This document shows, piece by piece, positions 37,197 through 47,103 of a DNA stretch of 64,000 nucleotides. The stretch lies in the sequence record NZ_CP081674.1; one strand, 5' to 3'. Below the pieces are notes generated by a model. The model saw only the letters and a program-made list of their open reading frames with translations. It ran no database searches and was not told the origin of the DNA. This stretch comes from a plasmid. Both the position numbers and the translations under genes were made by a program. The number at the start of each line of letters is the position of its first letter. Position 1 is the first letter of the stretch.

Positions 37197-38105
37197 TTAC
37201 TTGCTGCGAGCCGCGGCTTCAGCGCGCGTCTCATGCTGGCGCAGAAATTCGATCACCAACTCCGACAGGACGTCGGGCTGATCTTCTTGCACCAGCATGT
37301 GGGAATCCTCGATGAATTTGAGGGTTGCGTTCGGCAGGTCGGTGGCCAGGCGTTGACCGTATTCGGCTGGCACCAAATGGTCTTCGCGAGCCCAAGCGAC
37401 GAGGACTGGTTGGGTGATGGAGGCGAATTTGGGCACGACGTCGAGGGTGAATTTGTTGCTCACCCCTTGTGCTACGAAACGGCTCAAGTCTGCACGGATG
37501 TCAGCGCTGGTGCGGCTGGGTAGCAGAAAGCTGTCGAGGACGTCGTCAGGGACCGGCCGTTTGGTGGCAGGGCCGAATGTGAACGGAAGCCGTTGCAGGG
37601 CGCGGATCCGCATGATCTCGGTGACGGCACGGGTGGCCCCGGGGATCTTGATGGCTTTGGTCAACCACTGATAGCGGGCCGGCGGGAACACCTCGTAGCA
37701 GTCCACCGAAGCGAGGACGACCCGGGCGACCCGTTCGGGACGGCGCACCAGCAGGTTCTGGGTGACCACCCCGCCGGAGTCGTTGGCTACCAGGGTGACA
37801 TCGGTGAGTTCGAGCTGGTCGAGAAGGTCCGCAAGCAGATCGGCGACACCGGGTGGGGTGAGGTCTGCGTAGGGCACGGGGATGCTGTGCGCACCCAGGG
37901 GGAGATCCGGTGCGATGCAGCGGTGACCAGCTGCAGCGATCTGGGGTACGACATTACGCCAAGTGTTGGCGTTCATCATGAAGCCGTGGACGAATACCAC
38001 TGGTGATCCGGTTCCGGTCTCGTAATAGCGGATGGCACCGCGCTGCAGGTTGGCTGTGTGCACAGTGCCCAATACAGCGCTATGACGTGCGGTTGATGAA
38101 GTCAT
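37197..38105 (-). CDS. alpha/beta hydrolase fold protein
   Basis: VVFVHGF and ANDSGG nucleophile elbow. Confidence 0.75.
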   Translation of the reverse strand: MTSSTARHSAVLGTVHTANLQRGAIRYYETGTGSPVVFVHGFMMNANTWRNVVPQIAAAGHRCIAPDLPLGAHSIPVPYADLTPPGVADLLADLLDQLELTDVTLVANDSGGVVTQNLLVRRPERVARVVLASVDCYEVFPPARYQWLTKAIKIPGATRAVTEIMRIRALQRLPFTFGPATKRPVPDDVLDSFLLPSRTSADIRADLSRFVAQGVSNKFTLDVVPKFASITQPVLVAWAREDHLVPAEYGQRLATDLPNATLKFIEDSHMLVQEDQPDVLSELVIEFLRQHETRAEAAARSK

Positions 38106-38174
38106 GAGTGTGGTTTCTCGCTTTCGTTTGGAAATGGTTGGTGCTACTGACGTTTCGTGCAGCTATGTGGGGTC

Positions 38175-38681
38175 CTAGGGCCGAATGAGTGAGCGCATCC
38201 CCCCGTAGCGGACCTGTTGACTTACAGCGCTCAGGGCGATGCGTGGTGACACGGTGAACAGTCGCGCCGCAGCCGTCAGTGAGGTACGCGGGCGCACATT
38301 CAGATACCCGTACATCTGGTGATGGATGACCAGGTTGTCCCGGAAAGTCCAGATTTCGGTGCCGAATTGGCTGTGGTCGTTGCGGAATCCACCGCGCCAG
38401 GTCAACACAATTGTGTCAGCCGACGCGCATTCCAGGCGCTTTTGAACTTGTAGATGATGCTGGCGCCACAGTGCGGTCAGCACCGTGAAACCTCGCTGGA
38501 TGGCATCGATGCCCACGTGATACTCACGAACGCCGTCGATGATCCAGTCTGTTACCGCGTCGTCGTGAAACAAGGCGATCGCCTCGTCGAAAGACGCCTC
38601 GTTGGTGATGCGTTCGACATTGGCGGCGAACTGCGTCGCGTTGATCGGTGGCCTCGATGTGGTCTTCGTCGCGGTCATCAA
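38175..38681 (-). CDS. NTF2-like / SnoaL-like superfamily protein
   Basis: Size and pattern typical of SnoaL-like cyclase / NTF2-fold proteins. Divergent from the HxlR regulator. Confidence 0.55.
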   Translation of the reverse strand: MMTATKTTSRPPINATQFAANVERITNEASFDEAIALFHDDAVTDWIIDGVREYHVGIDAIQRGFTVLTALWRQHHLQVQKRLECASADTIVLTWRGGFRNDHSQFGTEIWTFRDNLVIHHQMYGYLNVRPRTSLTAAARLFTVSPRIALSAVSQQVRYGGMRSLIRP

Positions 38682-38779
38682 ATCCTCTTCACTGTCGGTT
38701 CAACGGGTTGAATCATCCGCAGAACATGAAGTTAGCACTTAGTGTTTTAGAAGTGCAAGGTTCATGTTGTATTGTAGGC

Positions 38780-39436
38780 ATGATGGCGAAACGCTCCTAC
38801 AACCAGTACTGCGGGCTTGCCGCTGCGCTCGACCTGCTCGGCGACCGTTGGTCACTTCTGTTGCTGCGCAACTTGTTGCTAGGCCCACAGCGGTTCAAGG
38901 ACCTGCTGGAGGGGTTGCCCGGGATAGGTACCGCGATGCTCACCGAACGGCTCAAGCACTTAGAATCTGCCGCTGTCATCGCCAAACGCACGCTGCCGCC
39001 ACCGGCAGGGTCAACCGTCTATGAACTCACTACCGCGGGCGAGGAACTCCGCCCATTGCTGATGGGCTTCTCCCGCTGGGGCATGGCCCACGCCGGCGTC
39101 AACGCGGGCGAAGGTGTCTATGTTGCGCCGGATCTGCTCGCCCTTGGCCTCCATGCACGCTTCGATCCGGCCGCGGCCGCGGCCGCGGCCGGTACCTATG
39201 CGTTGCACATCGACGATCGCTCCTATCGCATCGAAATCAAGAACGCGACCATTCGCATCTGTGCAGGTGCGATCGATGCACCTCGAGCGTCGATCCGAAC
39301 CGACACCGACACACTCGTGGCCATCGACCAGGGACGCGTGTCGTTCGCATCATCCTTGGGCACTGAAAAACTCACAGTGGATGGCGATCCCGACGCAACG
39401 GTTGCCCTGGCACACGCGTTCGGATTACCGGTCTGA
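38780..39436 (+). CDS. HxlR-family winged-helix transcriptional regulator with a C-terminal extension
   Basis: CGLAAALDLLGDRWSLLLLRNLLLGPQRFKDL is the HxlR signature. Confidence 0.75.
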   Translation: MMAKRSYNQYCGLAAALDLLGDRWSLLLLRNLLLGPQRFKDLLEGLPGIGTAMLTERLKHLESAAVIAKRTLPPPAGSTVYELTTAGEELRPLLMGFSRWGMAHAGVNAGEGVYVAPDLLALGLHARFDPAAAAAAAGTYALHIDDRSYRIEIKNATIRICAGAIDAPRASIRTDTDTLVAIDQGRVSFASSLGTEKLTVDGDPDATVALAHAFGLPV

Positions 39437-39501
39437 CCACGAATATCAACTTGTCGACTGTGACATGAGTACCTGAATCCACAGGTAACACCGTCCAGTA
39501 G

Positions 39502-40004
39502 CTATCGCCCTAGTGCACAACCCGTACGCATCATCGACCTCAAAGACAATCTGACAGATATCGCAACTGAGCTACTGTTCACCTGGTTGCGCGAGGCAAT
39601 CCAACCGTGAGCGGCTGCTGACGGTACTAAGACGGACGAGTTGGTCCCGCGGGGGGAGTGCGGACCTTGACCGGTGATGCTGCGCTCGACCATGCCGCCA
39701 AGGCATTCGCGGGTATGCTCGTCGATGATCGACACGATCTCGATCGGCCGCCCATCGGTGGTCACATCGAACTGGAAGTCCACTGCCCACACCCGGTCGG
39801 GCGCATCAGCGACCACCGCCGGCGGCGCAGTGGTGGTACCGTGTCGTTTACGCTTGCGGCACTGCGGAACCCGCAGCCCCCAGCACGCGCTGGAGGTGAC
39901 GAACGGCTGCCCGCCGACGTTCCGCAGCCATCAGCTTGAGCACAATCTGCTCGGGACTGTGCCACTTCCTCGTCGCCATGATCTTGTCGAACCTTCCTGC
40001 CCAC
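39502..40004 (-). mobile_element. IS3-family transposase remnant (OrfA start plus a partial integrase core)
   Basis: MATRKWHSPEQIVLKL (OrfA-like N-terminus) and WAVDFQFDVTTDGRPIEIVSIIDEHTRECLGGMVERSIT (DDE core fragment). Interrupted by stops and frame changes. Confidence 0.5.
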
Positions 40005-40052
40005 AATGCGTGGGCCGCAAGACTCTCACAAGCTATGGATCAACCAATCGGG

Positions 40053-40769
40053 TCAGGCCAACTGGACTCCCGACAAGGCCGCTACAGCTTGAGCAGTGGT
40101 CCACGTCGCTGAGGCCAAAAATCGAAAGTTGACCAGCGCTGCTAAGTACCCATCGCCTTCTGGCAGCTGAGGTCCTGCTGTGGCGTCACGTACAACAACC
40201 ACCTCAAATCCTTGTTCGATCAGTTCACGTAGGTGGCTCTCCGTGCAGAGATTCGCGGCCATGCCAGCCAGAAGGACCTGTGTCACTGCCCGTTTGCGTA
40301 GTTGAAGGACCAGGTCGTTGGACTGCGGACCGACCAGCTTGTGCGGTGAGGTAATGACCGTTTTGCCGTCCTGGATCCGATCCTTGAATCGTTCGAGATA
40401 GTCAGCACCGGATCCGTCGAAGCCGTCCAGTCTGAGCGGGTTGCTCCGGGCGAACATCCCCACGTTGTGCATGAACCGCTCTAGCGGTCCTCCGAATCGC
40501 CAATCCTGATCGGACGGATAGTAATAATGCGGGGAGATGGCGACGGTCACTTCGGCGTCCTTGGCAGTCGAGAGCAACTGATCGATGTGCTCGACAGTGT
40601 TGTTTGCCTCGACGCTGGGGCCAAACACCGACCATGCGGCACCGTCTGGGCTCAGGAAGTCGTTCTGTGGATCCGTAACAACTAGTGCGGCGTGCGCGGG
40701 ATCAAGCTCGAAGTCTGAGGGTGGCAGCGCTGGTGCGGTGGGCTCGTCGTAGATCGATGGGGTCGACAT
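40053..40769 (-). CDS. isochorismatase-family cysteine hydrolase
   Basis: ALVVTDPQNDF..., VLLAGMAANLC catalytic-Cys region. Confidence 0.8.
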   Translation of the reverse strand: MSTPSIYDEPTAPALPPSDFELDPAHAALVVTDPQNDFLSPDGAAWSVFGPSVEANNTVEHIDQLLSTAKDAEVTVAISPHYYYPSDQDWRFGGPLERFMHNVGMFARSNPLRLDGFDGSGADYLERFKDRIQDGKTVITSPHKLVGPQSNDLVLQLRKRAVTQVLLAGMAANLCTESHLRELIEQGFEVVVVRDATAGPQLPEGDGYLAALVNFRFLASATWTTAQAVAALSGVQLA

Positions 40770-40936
40770 CGGAGTGGAAGTTCCTTTCGTATAGGGACTT
40801 TCATCTGTTTCTTGCCGTATGGATCACATTGAGTTGGACGCGCACGAAGGAGAGGCTCTGCCGATGTCAATAGTGATGACAGCGACGGCAATGCCGTCAC
40901 AAGATCCAGCTTTCCATTGCCCATTGCGGGCGTATG

Positions 40937-41767
40937 TCACGCGAAGTTTGTAGCCAGTTCCTCGAGTCTTGTTCGGATCAGTTCCGGCCGCTGTTCGGCG
41001 ATGAAATGCCCGCAGTGTTCGACGAGTTCGAGTGTGTAATCGTCGGCGTTCGCAGTGCTCGGATCGGCGAGTTCATGACGAATCGCGGCGTCGTCAACGC
41101 CGAACAGCGCCCGAGTGGGGACGTGGCTGCGTCGCCGTTCGGGTCGACGCGCCAAGGCCGGCAGCTCCTGCACCAGCCATGTGCGGTAGGTATCGGTGGC
41201 GGCGCGCGCGACTACAGGGTCACGGAACTGATCGGTGTAGCAACCGATTTCATCAGAATCGAGACCCGCGGGGTTCAGCCTGAAGATCACCTTCTCCAGA
41301 AACGGCGTATATCGGTGCAAAAACATGCCGGCACCGGCAATCGGCGGTTGGTAGAAGGCGAATCGCCAGATGTGACGCAGCGCGGCGCGTGGCCGCTGCC
41401 ACGGGTGTGCGATGTTCAAGGCTAGAAATGCAGCGACCCGGTCGGGTGCGCGCAACGCCATTAGGTGTCCAACCCAGCCACCCCAGTCATGGCCAACGAG
41501 CAGCACTCGGTTGATGCCCAGGGCGTCGAGCAGGGCCAGCACGTCGGTGGCAACATCTTCCTTGGCCCAGCGATGCGGAGCGGGGCCCGACCAGCCGTAG
41601 CCAGGTAGGTCGGGCGCAATAATGCGCAACCCAGGCGGTGGATCAGCCAGCAGATGGCGGTAGGCGTAGTGATGCTGAGGCCAGCCGTGTAGCGCGAGGA
41701 TCACCTTCCCATCGATCGGCCCTGCCTCCGTGACATGAAAGTGTATTCCACGTACAGCCACGGACAT
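40937..41767 (-). CDS. alpha/beta hydrolase (epoxide hydrolase / haloalkane dehalogenase-like)
   Basis: HGWPQ and GHDWGG motifs. Confidence 0.7.
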   Translation of the reverse strand: MSVAVRGIHFHVTEAGPIDGKVILALHGWPQHHYAYRHLLADPPPGLRIIAPDLPGYGWSGPAPHRWAKEDVATDVLALLDALGINRVLLVGHDWGGWVGHLMALRAPDRVAAFLALNIAHPWQRPRAALRHIWRFAFYQPPIAGAGMFLHRYTPFLEKVIFRLNPAGLDSDEIGCYTDQFRDPVVARAATDTYRTWLVQELPALARRPERRRSHVPTRALFGVDDAAIRHELADPSTANADDYTLELVEHCGHFIAEQRPELIRTRLEELATNFA

Positions 41768-41976
41768 GCGGCGTACACCTGGTATCGGCGGTGGGATCGG
41801 CCAACGCTGTTTGAAACTGGGCCGCCGCAGAAGCGAGCCCTCTGTGTCGATACCGTCACGGTGGAGCACCGTCTGGCACGCTGGATCGGAGCCATCTTCC
41901 GCAATACCCATACTGAAAGCACCTTCCTCTCTGATTCACGTTCCGACCGGTGGCCCGACGGCGTCCGCTCCTCGGC

Positions 41977-42384
41977 TCAGGCCGGGGGAGCGAAGAATTC
42001 CAGTGCAATACCGTCGGGATCGCGGAAGCTCAACCCCGACCCGTACTGCGCGTCCATGATCGTGCCGTGCTCGATCCCCAAGTCGTCGAGCCGGAGCAGC
42101 CATGCCTGCAACTCGGCGCGGTCAGCGCACCCAAAGCCGACGTGGTCCAGCCCTGCGCGGAACTCGGTAAAGGCGCCACCGTCTGCCACCTGGGAGTGTT
42201 GGTGGATTCCGAACAAAGTCCCATTGTCGAACTGCCACACCACATGCCGGAACCCAGCATCGGTGTGTTCGTCGAGGACTGGATCGGCGCCGATCAGGGC
42301 TCGATACCAAGGGACGCTGATGTTGAGGTTGCGCACCGTCAACGCGACGTGGGAGAGAGCTGGGAAGCTGGTCGGAGACGCCAT
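41977..42384 (-). CDS. VOC / glyoxalase-bleomycin resistance family protein
   Basis: LSHVALTVRNLNISVPWY and HVGFGCAD patterns. Confidence 0.7.
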   Translation of the reverse strand: MASPTSFPALSHVALTVRNLNISVPWYRALIGADPVLDEHTDAGFRHVVWQFDNGTLFGIHQHSQVADGGAFTEFRAGLDHVGFGCADRAELQAWLLRLDDLGIEHGTIMDAQYGSGLSFRDPDGIALEFFAPPA

Positions 42385-42707
42385 AGGAATTCCTCTTTTC
42401 TCGAGCTCGAACGACGCGCTTGCTGCGTCGCGACTGGTTCGCTTCAAGCTCAAATCAACTGAGCTAGATGGGTCTATCGTGCGATGCCACGGTTATCGAC
42501 ATAGTTGCTGTGGCCTCGTGTCAGGATCGCGAAACTCTTCGACTTGACGAACCAAAAGTTAGCACTTCATCTTTACGAAGCGCAAGCTTCACGTTATATG
42601 CTCTCATTGCGAGGCGCACTATGCGGACCGCCGCGGACGGAGCTCCTCACCTTGAGCGCACTGCGAATGGCAGAACTTGCCGTTCACGCCACCTCGAAGG
42701 AGATGCC

Positions 42708-43385
42708 ATGAACCCCACCATCATGGACGGCTTTGCTGTCGCCAACCGGCTTCATGTCGAAACCAGTTATCGCGCAGCGCAGTTCGAGTATGTCCGAGGC
42801 CGTCGACCGTGTCTGGCGACAGTGCTGGTAGGAGACGACCCAGCTTCACACACCTACGTGCGAATGAAGACCAACCGGTGTCGCACAACCGGTCTGGCCT
42901 CCCAATCCCATCGGCTGCCAGAGGATGCCAGCACCAAGGATGCAGTCAACGTCGTCGGCAAACTGAGCGACGACGAAACCGTGGACGGCATCCTGGTGCA
43001 GCACCCGATGCCGCCTCAGGTTGACGAACGCGAAGTGTTCGAAGCAATCACCCCAGCGAAGGACGTCGACGGTGTCACCGGCGCATCCATTGCCGTGATG
43101 ACACTGGGCACCATGGGTTTTCAGTCCTGCACTCCTGGCGGCATCCTGCGCCTGCTCGACACCTATGACATCAATCCGGCCGGGCAACACGTCGTCGTGA
43201 TGTCAGGTAGTCGCGGAATCGGAGCCATACAAGACCGCTCAGCACGCTGCAGCTTACGAAAAATATCCAGCGACCAGGGACAACTCAACTCTCAGATGGT
43301 TCCGGAAAACGGGGTGGAATCGGACAGCTCTCATGTTTTCCCGGATTACTGTCAACAAGTTCCGGATCGGACAGCAGTTCAGTAA
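42708..43385 (+). pseudogene. folD: folD (methylenetetrahydrofolate dehydrogenase/cyclohydrolase), 3'-truncated at ~43225
   Basis: RBS gaaggag. The first ~175 aa align with FolD (LVGDDPASHTYVRMK...DVDG...GQHVVV). FolD-like sequence is then lost and a foreign low-GC segment follows. Confidence 0.6.
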
Positions 43386-43512
43386 GAACGGGACTTTGAA
43401 TTACATTGTGCACCAACACATTTCGCCGATAAGCTACGATATGTCAGGTTGTCTTGATGGCGCTCTGGTCAACATCAGGAATTCCTGATGTTTTGGGTGT
43501 AGTCTGTTTCAT

Positions 43513-44154
43513 ATGGGATGGGAGTACTCCACCGGCGATCGCGGCAGCGAGTGGCACGAGGGCTACCTCGTGGCCGAGTTCGAAGATGGCCTGCGTGCTC
43601 TGGGAATCAGCGGCACTGGCATTCCGCCCGGGCACCTTGCCGTCGACCAATACGGCGACGGCACCTGGGGTCAGGAGGCCGTTCGGCGCCACGGCGCCGA
43701 TCCCGAGTTTCTAACCCGCCCCGCGGGCGCAGTCATCGGCTGGCGGGCCGTATGCAATTGCTACGGTGCCGGTGACCTCATGCCGACCAAACATTGGTCG
43801 AGTCAACATCTTTGGTCACGGGTACCCTCACCGATCCGGCATGATCCATCCGCTTTCCGTATCTACGCGGCCGATGAAGATGTGCTCGACGTGATCACCA
43901 GCGACGCTGATGCCGTCGCGCACGACGTGTGGTGGAACGACCACATCAAGGCCGTCGACGTCGAAGCCGCTATCGAGACAGCGCTAGCGGCAATACGCGC
44001 CGGGGAAGTTCAGCTCGACGAAGCGGTTATTAGAGCCCGACAGAATCGCATGTCCTGGGCGAAAATCGGCGCCGCAGCGGGAATGTCACCCCAAGCCGCT
44101 CATGAACGCTGGTCCAAACGATGCATTCCCAACCCTGAGAGGCCGAGCGGCTGA
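43513..44154 (+). CDS. hypothetical protein
   Basis: 213-aa ORF, first gene after the low-GC junction. Confidence 0.4.
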   Translation: MGWEYSTGDRGSEWHEGYLVAEFEDGLRALGISGTGIPPGHLAVDQYGDGTWGQEAVRRHGADPEFLTRPAGAVIGWRAVCNCYGAGDLMPTKHWSSQHLWSRVPSPIRHDPSAFRIYAADEDVLDVITSDADAVAHDVWWNDHIKAVDVEAAIETALAAIRAGEVQLDEAVIRARQNRMSWAKIGAAAGMSPQAAHERWSKRCIPNPERPSG

Positions 44155-44155
44155 A

Positions 44156-44722
44156 ATGAATCCCTACGCACGAACCCTCTCGTCGCACCTGACCGAACTC
44201 GGTGTGCCAGAAACTCTCACGCGCCAGCTGGATTTCGGTGAGACCGGAATCTGGCCACCGCGGGCCGGGTGCGGGCCGAGCCCCGATCGACTCACACTCG
44301 TCCGGTTGTGGGCGCGCATTGATCTCGACCAGTGGGTCACCGAGGCGCCGCAGGCATTCGGACCGCACAGGGCCGGCGAGCTTGCCCGCCTGGTGGCTGT
44401 CGGTGCAGCGCTGCGGCATGCAGGTGAAGGCGCCCAGGTCCTCTGGGGTGTTGATCTTGTGGCGGCACAGTGGTGGATTGACCACGACTCCCCTGGTCTC
44501 GCAGCCGCGGGGCTTGTGTGCTTGGGGCCGCATTTACCTGAACCGCTCGTCAAAAGCGTCGATTCCGTACTCGCGGCCATCGGGTGGGCATGCCCGGCTG
44601 ACATCGACGCCAATCAGCCATGCATCATCAATGGTGTTCCGTGCTTTCACACCACCTGGCACGACGGAAACTCCGTGCTCGAAAACCACACGGACACACG
44701 GCCGATCCAACGAGGTGCATGA
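44156..44722 (+). CDS. hypothetical protein
   Basis: The ATG falls immediately after the upstream stop. Confidence 0.4.
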   Translation: MNPYARTLSSHLTELGVPETLTRQLDFGETGIWPPRAGCGPSPDRLTLVRLWARIDLDQWVTEAPQAFGPHRAGELARLVAVGAALRHAGEGAQVLWGVDLVAAQWWIDHDSPGLAAAGLVCLGPHLPEPLVKSVDSVLAAIGWACPADIDANQPCIINGVPCFHTTWHDGNSVLENHTDTRPIQRGA

Positions 44723-44901
44723 CCGTGGCTGCTGGGTACTGGGTGGTGCGTATCAACCGAGACACGGGTGAAGCCAGCACCGAACCACTGATCGACGACA
44801 GAGACGAGGCGTATCAGCGGAGTCTCGATCTCGAAACCACAGAGACCGCAACGACAGTGGTCCCCCGTCGAACTGCATCCCGAGGAGAGTGCACACCATG
44901 A
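44719..44901 (+). CDS. small hypothetical protein (60 aa)
   Basis: ATGA overlap with the upstream gene. Confidence 0.3.
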   Translation: MTVAAGYWVVRINRDTGEASTEPLIDDRDEAYQRSLDLETTETATTVVPRRTASRGECTP

Positions 44902-44971
44902 CGAACTACTGCATGACTGCCGTTCCGAGTCGGAAACGATCGATGAAATCAGATGGAAGGTGGGGGCTCAC

Positions 44972-45523
44972 ATGGGTCGGGTAACAGCGTTTCGCCTCAG
45001 GCTAACCCCGCGACAGCGTGAACTCCTCCGCACGTACCTGTGGGTGAATGCCGACAGCGTCTATGACGACATCGAGGAGCGGGGCGCTCACCCTGTGGAC
45101 GCATCATCGGGATGGTGGATGATTCTTGACCGCCTACCGAGCGAGTGCTGGGATCGTCCGGCCAGTTGGCGACGGGAACTGGCGCGGGCATTCGATGACC
45201 TCGCTAACGACCTGGAAGATGGCAACCTGCCCTACCCACGTTGTGTGGCCGAGGAAATCGCGCTCGTGCTCGCGGTGTCCAACGCCCAGGCCGCTCATCT
45301 GGACGGTGAGTATGGAGACGAAGTGGCAGACCTGCCAGAGACCGCAGGCGACGGGGATTGGCTGTCAGCGACGAACACGCTCGTGGGTGAACGGCACATC
45401 GACTGGCACATGCCCCCTGGCGACACACCCGCCTGGCTGGGCGATGTGCCAGACCCGACGAGCTGGTTCGATGTCTTCGACGGGTTCGAGACGCGGCCCG
45501 CCGACCGAGGATTCCGACGTTGA
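44972..45523 (+). CDS. hypothetical protein
   Basis: RBS ggaaggtggggg before the ATG at 44972. Confidence 0.4.
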   Translation: MGRVTAFRLRLTPRQRELLRTYLWVNADSVYDDIEERGAHPVDASSGWWMILDRLPSECWDRPASWRRELARAFDDLANDLEDGNLPYPRCVAEEIALVLAVSNAQAAHLDGEYGDEVADLPETAGDGDWLSATNTLVGERHIDWHMPPGDTPAWLGDVPDPTSWFDVFDGFETRPADRGFRR

Positions 45524-45580
45524 TGAGCGTCACTGAGCTGCAGTCGGCGTACGACCGCATCTTGCCCAAGCAGGTGTGTC

Positions 45581-46264
45581 TTGGGTTCTGAATGGGCTGC
45601 ACCGCTGTCAGCTCTCGCGGCTCTCGGAGGAGCAGTCATCGGTGGTGGTCTATCGCTGTTCGGCGGTGCGCTGACCTCTCGTAGACAGTCAGCGGACAAG
45701 CGAGCCGAACTGCACCAACAGGTGGTCGCAAGCTCGCGCGAGTTCGTAATCGGGGAGATACGGACACTCTTGGCCGCACTCGATGAGTTCCTACAGGTGC
45801 TTCGCGAGGCCGAAGCCATCTCGGCCCAGCGTGAAGCAGCGATCGAGAAGGACCGGACAAGTGAGGCCGTGGACCGAGCGTTACGTGGGCCACAGCGAGG
45901 GATCAGTCTTGGTGAGGACATTAGCCCACAGTTCCGTAGCCGCCCGGAGTTCGACCTCTTATTCAAGGAGTGGCGTGAACGAGTGCGCAACGCACTACCT
46001 ATGCTGCAGGATGCGGTGAGTTCCGTCGAAATAGCTGTGCCCGCGCGGCTTGCAGTCCACGCCGAGACCTTCCTTCTTCGCGCCGAATCACTGGTCAAGA
46101 GCTTCGCCCGCGCGCCAGGCATCTCCCCTGTGACAGGTGCCGATATCACCGAATTCACAAGGGCTCGGGCCGATTTGGTCGGAGAAGTTAGAGCCTGGCT
46201 GTCCGCCGACGATTACTTGCAGCGGCCCCCGGACCGAGCACGGGCGACCCGACGAACGCGATGA
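45581..46264 (+). CDS. hypothetical membrane-anchored protein
   Basis: TTG start. N-terminal hydrophobic segment AAPLSALAALGGAVIGGGLSLFGGAL. Confidence 0.35.
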   Translation: MGSEWAAPLSALAALGGAVIGGGLSLFGGALTSRRQSADKRAELHQQVVASSREFVIGEIRTLLAALDEFLQVLREAEAISAQREAAIEKDRTSEAVDRALRGPQRGISLGEDISPQFRSRPEFDLLFKEWRERVRNALPMLQDAVSSVEIAVPARLAVHAETFLLRAESLVKSFARAPGISPVTGADITEFTRARADLVGEVRAWLSADDYLQRPPDRARATRRTR

Positions 46265-46413
46265 CGATCCCGTCTCACTCAATTGAACACATACGTGGCG
46301 GAGACAAGCCGCGCCGAGTGCATCGACTCGGCGCACCGAACAGGTTCGCACTTCACTGCGAACCTGGCGACAGTGCTGGAATTTGATCGAGCGCTCTAGC
46401 TACTGTCCAGCTC

Positions 46414-46692
46414 ATGGCCACAGCTACAAGCTCACGTCTCGAAGACGCCGAATCATCCTTGCACTCAGCCGAATCTGAGTCGGACCCTTCGCGGCGTTCC
46501 CAGTTCGCGCAGGCCGCACTGGACTCTGCAGCGGAAGTCGCATGGGACTCAAGTGCCACCGTCGAAGACCGCGCCAACGCGCGCGCGATCATGCGAACCT
46601 CCCTCAAACTGCGGGTCCAGTCCGTCCAACACCGCCGATTCGCGCGAGGGCAGGATCGGGGCCTAGATGACCGCGGTGCCGAACTCTCGTGA
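46414..46692 (+). CDS. small hypothetical protein
   Basis: 92-aa ORF. Confidence 0.3.
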   Translation: MATATSSRLEDAESSLHSAESESDPSRRSQFAQAALDSAAEVAWDSSATVEDRANARAIMRTSLKLRVQSVQHRRFARGQDRGLDDRGAELS

Positions 46693-46764
46693 TCGCCTGA
46701 CCCCCACTCCGGTTGGGCGACCTTATGATTCGGCAGGCCGCATCCGACACCGGGTCGTCGCCCG

Positions 46765-47103
46765 CTACGGACGTCCTGTACCTGTGGCAGGCATGCTCGG
46801 CGCCAACAGTTCGCCGGGAGCGACTCCGAGCACCTGGGCGATATGAACCACTACGACGGCAGTGGGGTTCTTGCGTCCACCTTCAATGTGGTTCAGATGT
46901 GGCCTGCCAATACCAGCGCGCTCCGCGAGCTCGGCTTGTGTCAGACCCGCCTGCAGACGGTGGTCCCGGATGGCAGCACCGAGGGCGGCCAGGATGACGG
47001 AATCATCGCTGGACGTGTCCGTCACGGCCGCTCCTCTCCATAGGCGTTGCCCAAAGGCTACACCGGGAGTGATCGTGTCGGGGCGTTCAGAACAGGACAG
47101 CAT
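46765..47103 (-). CDS. XRE-family HTH regulator
   Basis: AGLTQAELAERAGIGRPHLNHIEGGRKNPT HTH. Lies immediately downstream of the PAPS-reductase-like gene. Start uncertain. Confidence 0.5.
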   Translation of the reverse strand: MLSCSERPDTITPGVAFGQRLWRGAAVTDTSSDDSVILAALGAAIRDHRLQAGLTQAELAERAGIGRPHLNHIEGGRKNPTAVVVVHIAQVLGVAPGELLAPSMPATGTGRP

